DNA of 58,160 bases from a virus (taxonomy: Duplodnaviria > Caudoviricetes). The DNA is taken from positions 1-58,160 of the IMG/VR virus record IMGVR_UViG_3300032898_000006; one strand, given 5' to 3'. A program made the position numbers and the translations under genes. This document shows positions 36,027 through 44,592 of this stretch, piece by piece; position 1 is the stretch's first letter; each line of letters starts with the position of its first letter. The notes below the pieces were generated by a model. That model searched no databases, was not told the DNA's origin, and was given only the letters and a program-made list of their open reading frames with translations.

Positions 36027-36706
36027 GACGCAGCTGACGCCTCTCCGGGCTCGCGACGGCAGAAGAACGGGAGCACGTACAGGTGGCCCGGGTAGCCCAA
36101 GGTCATTCGCTTCTCGTTGTAGAGCTCGATGAACTCGGCCCGCTGGGCATCTGAAAGGTGCTGGTAGTAGAACTTGGCTTCCTGACCGCACCCGTCGCGG
36201 AGCATCGGCAGGTGGCGGGCGTTCCACTCTTCCTCGATGTCGGCGTCAATCTGGGCGGCGTCCTTGCCGTCCCTGTTCCCGAGGTCGCGGATCGCCTGCG
36301 CTACCCCGGCGCCGGCCGCAAGCCACTGGGCTTTGCGCGCCGCGATGTCCTCGGCGGTGCGCGGCTTGCCGAGGTACGCCTTGTAGTTCTTGTCGGTCGG
36401 CCCGACGACCCACCCTTCGCGCACGAGCTCCATGAACCGGTCCGGGTGAAGGCTGCCGCAGAAAGAGCACGACAACCCGACGCGGTTCTGCCCGATGACG
36501 CCGCCGTCGGCGCGCCACTCGTCGAGGCCTTCGGCGCGCTGCCACGGTCCCATATCGCTCATCCGGCGCGGGCATGTCTGCTTGCGGTCCACGGCGCCCC
36601 CTTCTTGCTCAAGGCGCTCCTGCGCGCACTCGGCACAGAGAGCCGGGCCGCCGCAGCGGGCCTTCACGCCGTCCGAGCGCGGGGTGACGTGGCCGTGGCC
36701 GGTCAC
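36023..36706 (-). CDS. hypothetical protein
   Basis: HGHVTPR.DG.KARCGGPALC..C; CSFCGSLHP; KFYYQHLS. Confidence 0.65.
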   Translation of the reverse strand: MTGHGHVTPRSDGVKARCGGPALCAECAQERLEQEGGAVDRKQTCPRRMSDMGPWQRAEGLDEWRADGGVIGQNRVGLSCSFCGSLHPDRFMELVREGWVVGPTDKNYKAYLGKPRTAEDIAARKAQWLAAGAGVAQAIRDLGNRDGKDAAQIDADIEEEWNARHLPMLRDGCGQEAKFYYQHLSDAQRAEFIELYNEKRMTLGYPGHLYVLPFFCRREPGEASAAS

Positions 36707-37224
36707 TTCGCCGCCGCCGGTCCGCCGAGGAATTCCCAGTCGGCCCGCGCATACCGATCAAGCAGCCACGCAGGGTACGTAACCGAGTGAATGCCGCTTC
36801 CGGGCCAGCGGTGGTGCCGATCGCAGAGGATAAGCAGCCCAGCCTCGCTCTCAGCAAAGCGTAGAAAATCCTCGTCCGAGTGGAGCCCCGCCTGCGGGAA
36901 GTCCCTGGCGACCTTCTGCCAGTCGATCTCGTTCAGCCCGGAGAACTCCGCGACGGCATGGTGCGCCTCGAGCTGCGTCGCGCCTGAGCAGCGATGGCCG
37001 TCGGGAAGCCCGGCCTTGATCTGCGCGAGGGTCGCGCCGCCTATCCAGCAGCCCACGCCGAGGACGTGCACCAGGTGGTGCTTTGCCGCGTTGAAGATCT
37101 TGTAATGCGGATCCGACTCGCGGGGGCCGTGCGCCGGATAGGCGACCACCTCCCGCAGGGTGCGGCGCTCATAGTGCGCTCCGGCCTGCTCGTGCGCGGC
37201 TACCACGCGGTCAGGCAGCGCCAT
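36703..37224 (-). CDS. HNH-like His/Cys protein
   Basis: CWIG..C..QLEAHH...LILCDRHHR...GIH. Confidence 0.55.
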   Translation of the reverse strand: MALPDRVVAAHEQAGAHYERRTLREVVAYPAHGPRESDPHYKIFNAAKHHLVHVLGVGCWIGGATLAQIKAGLPDGHRCSGATQLEAHHAVAEFSGLNEIDWQKVARDFPQAGLHSDEDFLRFAESEAGLLILCDRHHRWPGSGIHSVTYPAWLLDRYARADWEFLGGPAAAK

Positions 37225-37597
37225 CGGGTGCCTCCTCGTCCTGCGGCGGGGGGATGGCCGCCGTTCCGCGGTGATCCCGTTCGGGCAGCGGCCCCATCCG
37301 CAGGAAAACGAGGCATCTCCAGGCCATCACCGGGGACACGAGACCGATGAGCGCAACGTCCGCCCAGGCGGCGATCCTCGAGTCGACCCTGTTGAGGTTC
37401 CAGAACAGGGACATGATCTGCGGGACGAACAGGCCGGCGATGAGGAGCGCCTCGATGATGAGGCTGAGCCCGATCGGGTTGCGCCAGGCGCCGCCCCTCG
37501 TGAGCCGGCTGTAGAGCGCCACCCAGGCGAGGATGATGATCCCGCCGGAGATGAGCCCTATCTTCAGCAGCGCGATGATCCACTGCTCTTGCGTGAT
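37211..37597 (-). CDS. membrane protein (holin candidate); start uncertain
   Basis: 3 TM segments; WRNPIG motif; frame open to 37603. Confidence 0.55.
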   Translation of the reverse strand: MTQEQWIIALLKIGLISGGIIILAWVALYSRLTRGGAWRNPIGLSLIIEALLIAGLFVPQIMSLFWNLNRVDSRIAAWADVALIGLVSPVMAWRCLVFLRMGPLPERDHRGTAAIPPPQDEEAPDGAA

Positions 37598-37603
37598 GGC
37601 CGA

Positions 37604-37831
37604 TCACCCCTTCTGGTGACGTGCGACGATATCGGCGGCGATCGTCGAAGCGAAGTGGTTGCGGGCGGCGAGCGACGTGATGTCGGCTCTGACCGCGGCG
37701 GCGTGCGCGGCTGACCGCAGCGACCGCTCTTTCTCCCCGCGCGCCCGGTCGACGGCGGCGCGGCGCTGGCTGCGAGACGGCCACGGGAGCACGGCGTCCA
37801 TGGCCCTCCTGAGGGCGGCGAGCGGCGTCAC
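37604..37831 (-). CDS. hypothetical lysis-region protein
   Basis: NHFA motif typical of actinophage lysis-cassette genes. Confidence 0.55.
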   Translation of the reverse strand: MTPLAALRRAMDAVLPWPSRSQRRAAVDRARGEKERSLRSAAHAAAVRADITSLAARNHFASTIAADIVARHQKG

Positions 37832-38088
37832 GGGCTTCCGCCGTGGCCTGTGGTGAGGTCGCGTCCGTACTGGATCGCGGCGAGGATGTCGCGGGTCGCG
37901 GACGCGGCGGTGACGGCGGCGTTAGCCCGGTCCCGCTCGGCCTCGAGCGCCGCCTTGAGCTCTTTGTTTTCCTCGCGGAGATCCTCGATCACCCCGCGGG
38001 GGAATATCACGCCGAAGATGAACAGCAGGCAGAAGACCCCGCACACCCCGGACCCGGTGAGGATGGTGATCAGAGTGCTGTCCACCAA
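37828..38088 (-). CDS. single-TM coiled-coil protein (holin-associated)
   Basis: TM, G.IFPR, coiled coil. Confidence 0.6.
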   Translation of the reverse strand: MVDSTLITILTGSGVCGVFCLLFIFGVIFPRGVIEDLREENKELKAALEAERDRANAAVTAASATRDILAAIQYGRDLTTGHGGSP

Positions 38089-38323
38089 GGCCGCGCCCCC
38101 GTTTCCCCGGGACGCCGGTCATCGGGCCGGCCCGGGCCGTCCGGGCGGCGCCCCCCTCCGCGCGGGCGCCGGGAAGGGAAGAGGGGAGGGGAGCGCCCCG
38201 CCGCCTGACGCGGCTCCGCTTCGGCGGCGGCGAGGAGGGCGAGAAGCCGCAGAAACCGCCCCTGCGCGCCCCTTCCCGGCTAGTCTGCCTGCCCCCGTCA
38301 GGGCGGCTCATCCTTCCCGGCCG

Positions 38324-40183
38324 TCAGGCGAGCTGCACGGTGCCCGTGGGGAGCGATCCGTTGTAGGCGACCTGGGTGACGGCGGCGAGCGTCGTCCCGT
38401 CCTCGAAGGCGGTCGCCTCGCACAGGCCGAGGATCTGCCCGCCCGCCCCCGCGCGGGCCAGCGCGGTCGTCCGCGCGCCCCCGTCCTCCCAGGTGTGGAG
38501 GACGGGGCCGCCGGGGGTCTGGTCCCACACGGACATGATGACCGCGTACCCGTCGGGCTGCCCGGCCCACGAGCCTCCGCCGGCCGGCCGGGTCTGCGCC
38601 GCGGCGGGGAGCGCGACCGGGTCGAGGGCGACGGACGTGTAGTCGCCGAGGTCCCCGCCGTCCTGGCGGAGCAGGATATGGTACGTCCCGCCGGGGGTCA
38701 GGCCCGAGGCGGGGAGCGGCACGGAGATCATCGGGACCGGGATGAGCGGGACCGTCGCGTAGTAGGGCGAGATGAGGTTGAAGGTCTCCCACTGGCCGGC
38801 GGCGCCCTGGAAGCACAATGTCTGGTAGCCGCCGGCGGAGTAGGGGCTCATCGTCTGCCATGCGGGCGCGGGCCCGTCCGCGGACACGGTCAGGACCTGG
38901 GTGGCGGCGGAGTAGGTGACGGAGCCCGTCGGCCCGCTCAGGATCGCCATCGCGCTGTCGGTGACGGCGAGGTCCCACCCGGGGCCGACCGTGAAGCCGG
39001 GGACCGGCAGGGCGGGACCCTGCCGCCACCCGCCGAGGGATCCGTCAGCCGCGATCGGCGAGAGCCAGACGTCCCCGACGGCGGCCCCGGAGGCGCTCAG
39101 TCCCCCGGCGGCGACCAGCCAGTTCCCGACCACGGCGACGTAGGGGGCGGTGACCGGCTGCGGGAGCGACGGGCCGTCCGCCCATGACTGGATCTGCCCG
39201 TTCACCGCGCTGGCGTACCAGACGACGGCGCTCGCGCCGGAGCCCCCGCCGACGACGTAGACGGTCGTTCCCCATGCGGCCGCGCCGCCGCCCGAGGTGG
39301 CCTCGGGGAGGTTCGCCTGGGCGGTCCACGCCCCGACGGCCCCCGACGCCGGCGACCAGCTCGCGGTCCACACGCTGTCGAGCGCGCCCGCGGTCGTGTT
39401 GCCGCCCGCGACGACGAGGGTGTCCGCGGTGGCCGCCGCCAGGGCGCCGATGGCGGGGCCGGGCAGGGACGGCTGCGGGGCCGGCCCTGAGATCGTCCCG
39501 CCGCCGAGATAGGCGACCGTCGACACGGTCGCGACGGCGGCGGAGGCGACGGTGTCGTAGCCGCCGAGCAGGATCGCGTAGTTCCCGCTGGAGACCGGCG
39601 TCGCGTAGGTCCCGGCGCCGTTCCCCGACACGGCGGGCGGCGTCCAGACGGTGAACGTCCCGGCGCCGAACATCATCGTGTTCGACTGCGCGGTCGCGAG
39701 CGGGCCGCCGGCCGTCAGCCCGGAAGGGGCGGCGAGCTGAGCGATCTGCGACCCGGGGACCCGGGTCGAGACGATGACCGCCCCGGGGGTCCCGCCGGAG
39801 TCGGCGCACAGGCTGACGGTGACGTCGGCGCCGTTCCCCGCCGGGGACAGCGGCAGCGTGACCCGGCCGACCGCGGCGCTCCCGGACGGCATGGTGAACG
39901 GCTGGTCGACGTCGGAGGCCCCGAGGCTCACCCACTGGACGCCGTTATCGGCGGGGGTCCCGCCCGGGACGACGATCTGGCTCCCGGCGTAGACGGGCGC
40001 GACCGCGTGGGAGATGAGGAACTGATCGGCCTGAGTGGGGTAGTTGACCGCGCTGGCGTCGCCGGGCAGCCCGGTGCGGGCCGCCAGCCACGCCAGGCCG
40101 GGCGCGGCGCTCTCGGCGAGGAGGCTGCCGCCGTCCTCGGCGAGGATCGCGAAGGAGCCGCCCTCGTCGACGATGAACGCCAT
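38324..40183 (-). CDS. minor tail protein with Kelch-like repeats
   Basis: Repeated GG...W...GPSLP motifs. Confidence 0.7.
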   Translation of the reverse strand: MAFIVDEGGSFAILAEDGGSLLAESAAPGLAWLAARTGLPGDASAVNYPTQADQFLISHAVAPVYAGSQIVVPGGTPADNGVQWVSLGASDVDQPFTMPSGSAAVGRVTLPLSPAGNGADVTVSLCADSGGTPGAVIVSTRVPGSQIAQLAAPSGLTAGGPLATAQSNTMMFGAGTFTVWTPPAVSGNGAGTYATPVSSGNYAILLGGYDTVASAAVATVSTVAYLGGGTISGPAPQPSLPGPAIGALAAATADTLVVAGGNTTAGALDSVWTASWSPASGAVGAWTAQANLPEATSGGGAAAWGTTVYVVGGGSGASAVVWYASAVNGQIQSWADGPSLPQPVTAPYVAVVGNWLVAAGGLSASGAAVGDVWLSPIAADGSLGGWRQGPALPVPGFTVGPGWDLAVTDSAMAILSGPTGSVTYSAATQVLTVSADGPAPAWQTMSPYSAGGYQTLCFQGAAGQWETFNLISPYYATVPLIPVPMISVPLPASGLTPGGTYHILLRQDGGDLGDYTSVALDPVALPAAAQTRPAGGGSWAGQPDGYAVIMSVWDQTPGGPVLHTWEDGGARTTALARAGAGGQILGLCEATAFEDGTTLAAVTQVAYNGSLPTGTVQLA

Positions 40184-40226
40184 CAGCACCGTCCCGCGGT
40201 CAGGCCGGCCGCCCGGCGGAGCGCGG

Positions 40227-40727
40227 TCAGGGGATCTGGGTGACGCGCAGCCACGAGCCGGCGTAGGTCGTCACGTCGTCGCCGGCGGTGGCCAGCTGGA
40301 CCGTGGCCGCGAGCGTCCCGGCCGCCGAGACGACCAGGATCCCGCTGACCTCCGTCCACCCGGAGAACGCGACGTGAGTCGGGGTGCCGAACATCGTCGC
40401 GGACAGGGACGAGACCCCGGAGGCGGTCGTCTGCAGGATCGCGTTGGCCGCCTGCGCCTGCCAGGACACCCCCTGGAACATGACCTGCGACGCGGTCCCG
40501 GTGAAGCTGAACCCGTGATAGTGGGTGGAGCCGACCGTCCCCGACGGCACCCACTCGACCCGCGCCTCGACCAGGTAGGCGCCGGCGGCCAGCGCGGCCG
40601 ACAGCCCCGAGACGGCCACCTGGGACGCGAGGGTGAACGTCTGCGTCGAGGTCGTGTAGGCGACGGCGGCGACCGACGGCTGGCCGGACTGCTGCGCGAG
40701 GAGAAGCAACTCGATCGTGCTCGCCAT
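40227..40727 (-). CDS. minor tail/virion protein
   Basis: AGTL..TVQ...GSWLRVT C-terminal motif. Confidence 0.6.
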   Translation of the reverse strand: MASTIELLLLAQQSGQPSVAAVAYTTSTQTFTLASQVAVSGLSAALAAGAYLVEARVEWVPSGTVGSTHYHGFSFTGTASQVMFQGVSWQAQAANAILQTTASGVSSLSATMFGTPTHVAFSGWTEVSGILVVSAAGTLAATVQLATAGDDVTTYAGSWLRVTQIP

Positions 40728-41459
40728 TCAGGCGACTCCCGTCACGAGGCCGCTGGAGTACGAAAGGGCCCGGGAGGAGGCCGTGTAGCCCGCCGCCGAC
40801 TGCCCGGCTGTGAACTCCCTCACCCCGGCCAGCTGCGCGGAGCCGTCGTAGGCGAGGGCCGTCCAGCGGGCCCCGGAGTCCTCCCAGGTGCCCGCCAGCG
40901 GCGGGACCGGCGACTGGTCGTAGACCGCGTACAGCAGCCCGTAGGATTGCGCGGTCCAGGTCGTCCCGTTCGCGCTCGTGCTGGCGCCGGACGTCTGGTT
41001 CGACTTCGACCACGTGAAGTAGTCGCTCGCGTCGCCGACCGCGGCGGCGACGATCCAGTAAGTCGTGCTCGCCGACAGGCCGCTCACGGGAAGCATCACC
41101 GGCACCGCCGCCGGGGTCCCGGTCAGGAACTCCTCCGGGAGCATCGTCGTCGCCAGCGCCGTCCCCGACGGGGCGCCGCCGGAGCTCGCCTGGACGCTGA
41201 CCGCCAGAGGGGCCGGAGCGCCCGTCGCCGCCGCCGTCACCGTCACGTAACCGATCGCGGTCTGGCCGGAGCCCGTGGCGAACGACTGGGCGATCCACAG
41301 CCCGTCGCTATTCACCCCGCCGCTCCCGGCGGTCCCCTGGCTCGCCTGCACCGCGCCGGCGTACACGTAGGTGACGGCGTGGGTTCCGAGGAACTGATTG
41401 ACCTGGCCGGCGTACGCGTTGTACCCGGCGGTCGCGCCTAGCCATGCGGGAGTGGGCAA
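40728..41459 (-). CDS. minor tail protein
   Basis: AQSF.TG, GAPSG, YWIV; N- and C-termini resemble those of the 38324 gene. Confidence 0.65.
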   Translation of the reverse strand: MPTPAWLGATAGYNAYAGQVNQFLGTHAVTYVYAGAVQASQGTAGSGGVNSDGLWIAQSFATGSGQTAIGYVTVTAAATGAPAPLAVSVQASSGGAPSGTALATTMLPEEFLTGTPAAVPVMLPVSGLSASTTYWIVAAAVGDASDYFTWSKSNQTSGASTSANGTTWTAQSYGLLYAVYDQSPVPPLAGTWEDSGARWTALAYDGSAQLAGVREFTAGQSAAGYTASSRALSYSSGLVTGVA

Positions 41460-41474
41460 CTCAGACCTCCACGC

Positions 41475-42002
41475 TCAAGGCCCGAATTCCAGAGACAGCT
41501 CGAGCAGCAAGGTGTCCGTGGTGGGTACCGGGATGGACGGGCTGAAAGCCCAGTGATCGACGAGCGTCCCACTCCCCGCCGCCGAGGTTCCCCCCGCGAA
41601 CGCCCCCGCCTCTGTCACCGTCCACACCGACAACTGCTGCGGGAAGTAGAAAAGCCACGTGGCCTCGGCCGCCACGCTCACCGTCGCCGGGCTTGACGCG
41701 CCAGCGCCGACGGTCTGCCGGCCGAGCTCGCTGAACAGCGCCGTGTCGGACTTAGCGGGCGTTCCCGCCCCGGACCCGACCGCACCCCAGAGCGGCGTGA
41801 GGAACGTCCCGGAGGTGACGCCGAGGTTGTTCGCCTGGTCCTGTATCCCTGACCACACGAGCGCCGCGGCGAGGACGGTGAACCCTCCGGTGCACACCAC
41901 GTTGAAGCCCTCGCGGCGGTCCCGGACGCTCCCGTCGGGGCGGATCGACGACGCTGACAGCCTGCCCCGCAGGAGGACGCCGTCGGCGCCGGTAAGCTCC
42001 AC
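41475..42002 (-). CDS. minor tail protein (tail-collar-like)
   Basis: NVVC..G, AVGSG.G.P...DTAL.SE..R, TEAG.F. Confidence 0.7.
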   Translation of the reverse strand: MELTGADGVLLRGRLSASSIRPDGSVRDRREGFNVVCTGGFTVLAAALVWSGIQDQANNLGVTSGTFLTPLWGAVGSGAGTPAKSDTALFSELGRQTVGAGASSPATVSVAAEATWLFYFPQQLSVWTVTEAGAFAGGTSAAGSGTLVDHWAFSPSIPVPTTDTLLLELSLEFGP

Positions 42003-42215
42003 GTCACCGAGCCCCATTCGCCGTTACTCCAGGTCGGGTTCGCCTGCGTGGTGGCGGTCGCGGTGTCGGCGAGGGTCACGCTCTCGTCGGCCTCGCCGAC
42101 GTAGCCGACCCCGGAGACGCTGGTGTCGGTGTCGCCGATCGCCTGCTGGTTGATCTGCCCGAGAACGTCGGCGAGGGTGTAGGGGCGGAACACTCCGGGC
42201 ATCAGGTCACCCCCG

Positions 42216-43592
42216 TCACAGGCGGACCGCGACGACCTGCTGCTGCCGGTAGCCGCCCGTGCCGAACGTCACCGTGTTCCCGGTCACCAGGAACGTGTCG
42301 TTCACGCCCCACGAGCCGCTCTCGTCATCCCAGGCGAACTGGTTGTCAATGACGCAGGTCTCCCCGGCGCGGACCCAGCCGAGGAAGTCCTCGGAGGTGT
42401 TGAAGGTCGCCTGCTCGGCCGCGAACGCGTACTCGGTCCGCTCCTGCTGCGCCCGGTTCAAAGCCATCGGCACCGTCGTGAGCGTCGTGTCGCTGATGAA
42501 CTCGGCGAAGACCCCGCCGTTTGGCCCCTGGTAGGTGGCGACGGAGTTGTAGTCGGTGGCCTGCGCGACGACCGGCACCGAGTACGAGTACCAGCACTTG
42601 AGGACCGCGCCGCCGACCGGGGGGGTCGAGCTGAACAAGAAGTACTGGCCGAACGCGTTCTGCTGGACGCTCCACCCGGACGGGGCGGCGGTCCCCGGGG
42701 TGACCGACGTCACCGTCTGGCTGACCCCCGAGACCGTCAGCGTCGGCGTGCCGCTGACCGTGTACCTCAGCGGCCACGCCTGCTGCGTGCCGTCGGCGAG
42801 CCACGTGTCGGTCGGGGCCCCGCTGGTTGGCTGCGCGATGGTCTGCGTGCTGCCTTGGACCAAAATGCGGTTGTGGATGCTAGCCCCGTTCCACTCGTAG
42901 GCGTTGGTGGTGTCGAGGATCATGTGGCCCTGCGTGGTGCTGCCCCCGGCGGTCGGCGACGTCGTGAACGTGACCCCGGAGTCGACCGCGGTGGTCGCGT
43001 CGTAGAAGTGCAGCGCGAGGTTCTGATCCACGTACCAGCCATAGGGGGTGCTCGCCCCCGCGAGGGTCGCCAGCTTCCGCCACGCGTCCGACAGCGACCC
43101 GTAGTTGAGGATCAGGTTCGCCATCGTCGGCCCCGGGGCGACGAACCCGCCGTCCGCGATCGTCGCGGCCGAGATCCCGCAGTTCGCCTGGCTCGTGAGG
43201 AGGACCACCACCTGGTCTGCGGTGAGGCCGTTGAACGTCCCGTGCACGATCGCGTTGTCGGCGAAGAACGTGTAGTCGGTGCAGTTCAGCGTCCACTCGT
43301 TGCGGTTCGGGCCGGTCACCACGAGGATCGGGTCGTTGGCGACGCCGGCGAACAGGACCTGCGAGCAGTTGTTGTCGTACAGGCTCACCTGCGACATCAC
43401 GGGGATGTGGAAGTTCGGGGTCGTCTCGTACTCGTCGACTAGCGGCAGGACCGCCGTGTCGCCCTGGCGCCCGAAATTCTGGGTGATGGTGAACGACTCG
43501 TTATGGCCGTCGTACGCCAGGTACTTCTGGTACTGCGAGGGCGATCCGCCCGGGGGAGTGATGGTGAGGGTGAGGCTCGCGGCGGCGACCAT
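42216..43592 (-). CDS. minor tail (baseplate hub-like) protein
   Basis: Follows tape measure; LFAG, C.DYT, WYVD...LHF, NRILVQG. Confidence 0.75.
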   Translation of the reverse strand: MVAAASLTLTITPPGGSPSQYQKYLAYDGHNESFTITQNFGRQGDTAVLPLVDEYETTPNFHIPVMSQVSLYDNNCSQVLFAGVANDPILVVTGPNRNEWTLNCTDYTFFADNAIVHGTFNGLTADQVVVLLTSQANCGISAATIADGGFVAPGPTMANLILNYGSLSDAWRKLATLAGASTPYGWYVDQNLALHFYDATTAVDSGVTFTTSPTAGGSTTQGHMILDTTNAYEWNGASIHNRILVQGSTQTIAQPTSGAPTDTWLADGTQQAWPLRYTVSGTPTLTVSGVSQTVTSVTPGTAAPSGWSVQQNAFGQYFLFSSTPPVGGAVLKCWYSYSVPVVAQATDYNSVATYQGPNGGVFAEFISDTTLTTVPMALNRAQQERTEYAFAAEQATFNTSEDFLGWVRAGETCVIDNQFAWDDESGSWGVNDTFLVTGNTVTFGTGGYRQQQVVAVRL

Positions 43593-43613
43593 GCCACCCC
43601 CGCGCCGTCTAGG

Positions 43614-44555
43614 TCAGACAGCCCGCAGGCGTTCCTCCGGGTCGGCGAAGCGCCGCACTAGCTCCCAGGCTTTCCACGGGGGCAGTTCGTCGTAGCTGAA
43701 CGTCTCCGTGTGGCCGCCGATGCCCGCCATGTCGCCGGCCGCGAGGTACGGGGCGAGACCGAGGTCGTTCCGCGCGTACGCGAGCGCCAGGCGCTCGACC
43801 ATCCTGGCGGTCCAGCCGGAGGAGAAGTGCGCGACGTTGAAGCACGACCAGCCGCGCCGGGTGAATTTGCCGATGCGCTGGGACCCTACTTGCGAGATGC
43901 CTATTTTCACCGCGTCGAGCTCGGCGCGGAAAAGGACGTAGACCAGCGCGGGCTGCGCCGGATCGAATCCGGATGCGACGGAGCAGTGGCAGCCATGGCC
44001 GGCCATGACGACGCCGACGGTTCGGCGGCCGATATCCCCGCACGAAAGGCATTCGGTTCGTATCGGGGTGTGAATGCCCCGGTAAGGTTCCAGGGGAATG
44101 AACCCGGCTTCCCGGAGAATCCGGTCGGCCTCCTCGGGCGCCTTCATGTGCGCGGCGGCGATGGCGCGGTGCCCGCAGTGGATGCAACCGGAGAAGCCCC
44201 TGCGGATACTCCCTAGGCGCGGTGCCACCTCGGCGCCGCAGCGCCCGCAACGGCAGCGCCATTTCCTGCTGCCCGCCCCTGGATAGGGCTCAAGCGGCTC
44301 CAGCCCGGCTTCGCGCATCATGGCGACGGCGACATCCTCGGCGAGGCGGATCTTCGCCGCCTGGCGCTTCTTCCCGCATTCGCCGCACTGGTGCCCGTGC
44401 TCCATCGCGTGCGTGAGCCGGGAAGAGCAAAGGGCGCCACATTTCATGCACTCGCACAGCCAGGCGGTTTTGGCGCCGGGATAGGGCTCTAGTGGCCTTA
44501 GGCTATTCGCGATCATGCGGGCCGATGCCTCGTCATGGGTGAGTTTTCGCGGCAT
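43614..44555 (-). CDS. homing endonuclease-like protein (zinc-ribbon repeats plus GIY-YIG-like domain)
   Basis: Three PLEPY.G...C.C..CG repeats; LVYVLF...VKIGIS..RI; lower GC. Confidence 0.75.
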   Translation of the reverse strand: MPRKLTHDEASARMIANSLRPLEPYPGAKTAWLCECMKCGALCSSRLTHAMEHGHQCGECGKKRQAAKIRLAEDVAVAMMREAGLEPLEPYPGAGSRKWRCRCGRCGAEVAPRLGSIRRGFSGCIHCGHRAIAAAHMKAPEEADRILREAGFIPLEPYRGIHTPIRTECLSCGDIGRRTVGVVMAGHGCHCSVASGFDPAQPALVYVLFRAELDAVKIGISQVGSQRIGKFTRRGWSCFNVAHFSSGWTARMVERLALAYARNDLGLAPYLAAGDMAGIGGHTETFSYDELPPWKAWELVRRFADPEERLRAV

Positions 44556-44592
44556 ACCCTATTGTATCGCGAAAGCATTCGATAGGCGGTCG

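Noticed and set aside
27484-40183. Diversity-generating retroelement on tail genes
   Set aside because: No reverse transcriptase or TR/VR pair seen in the window
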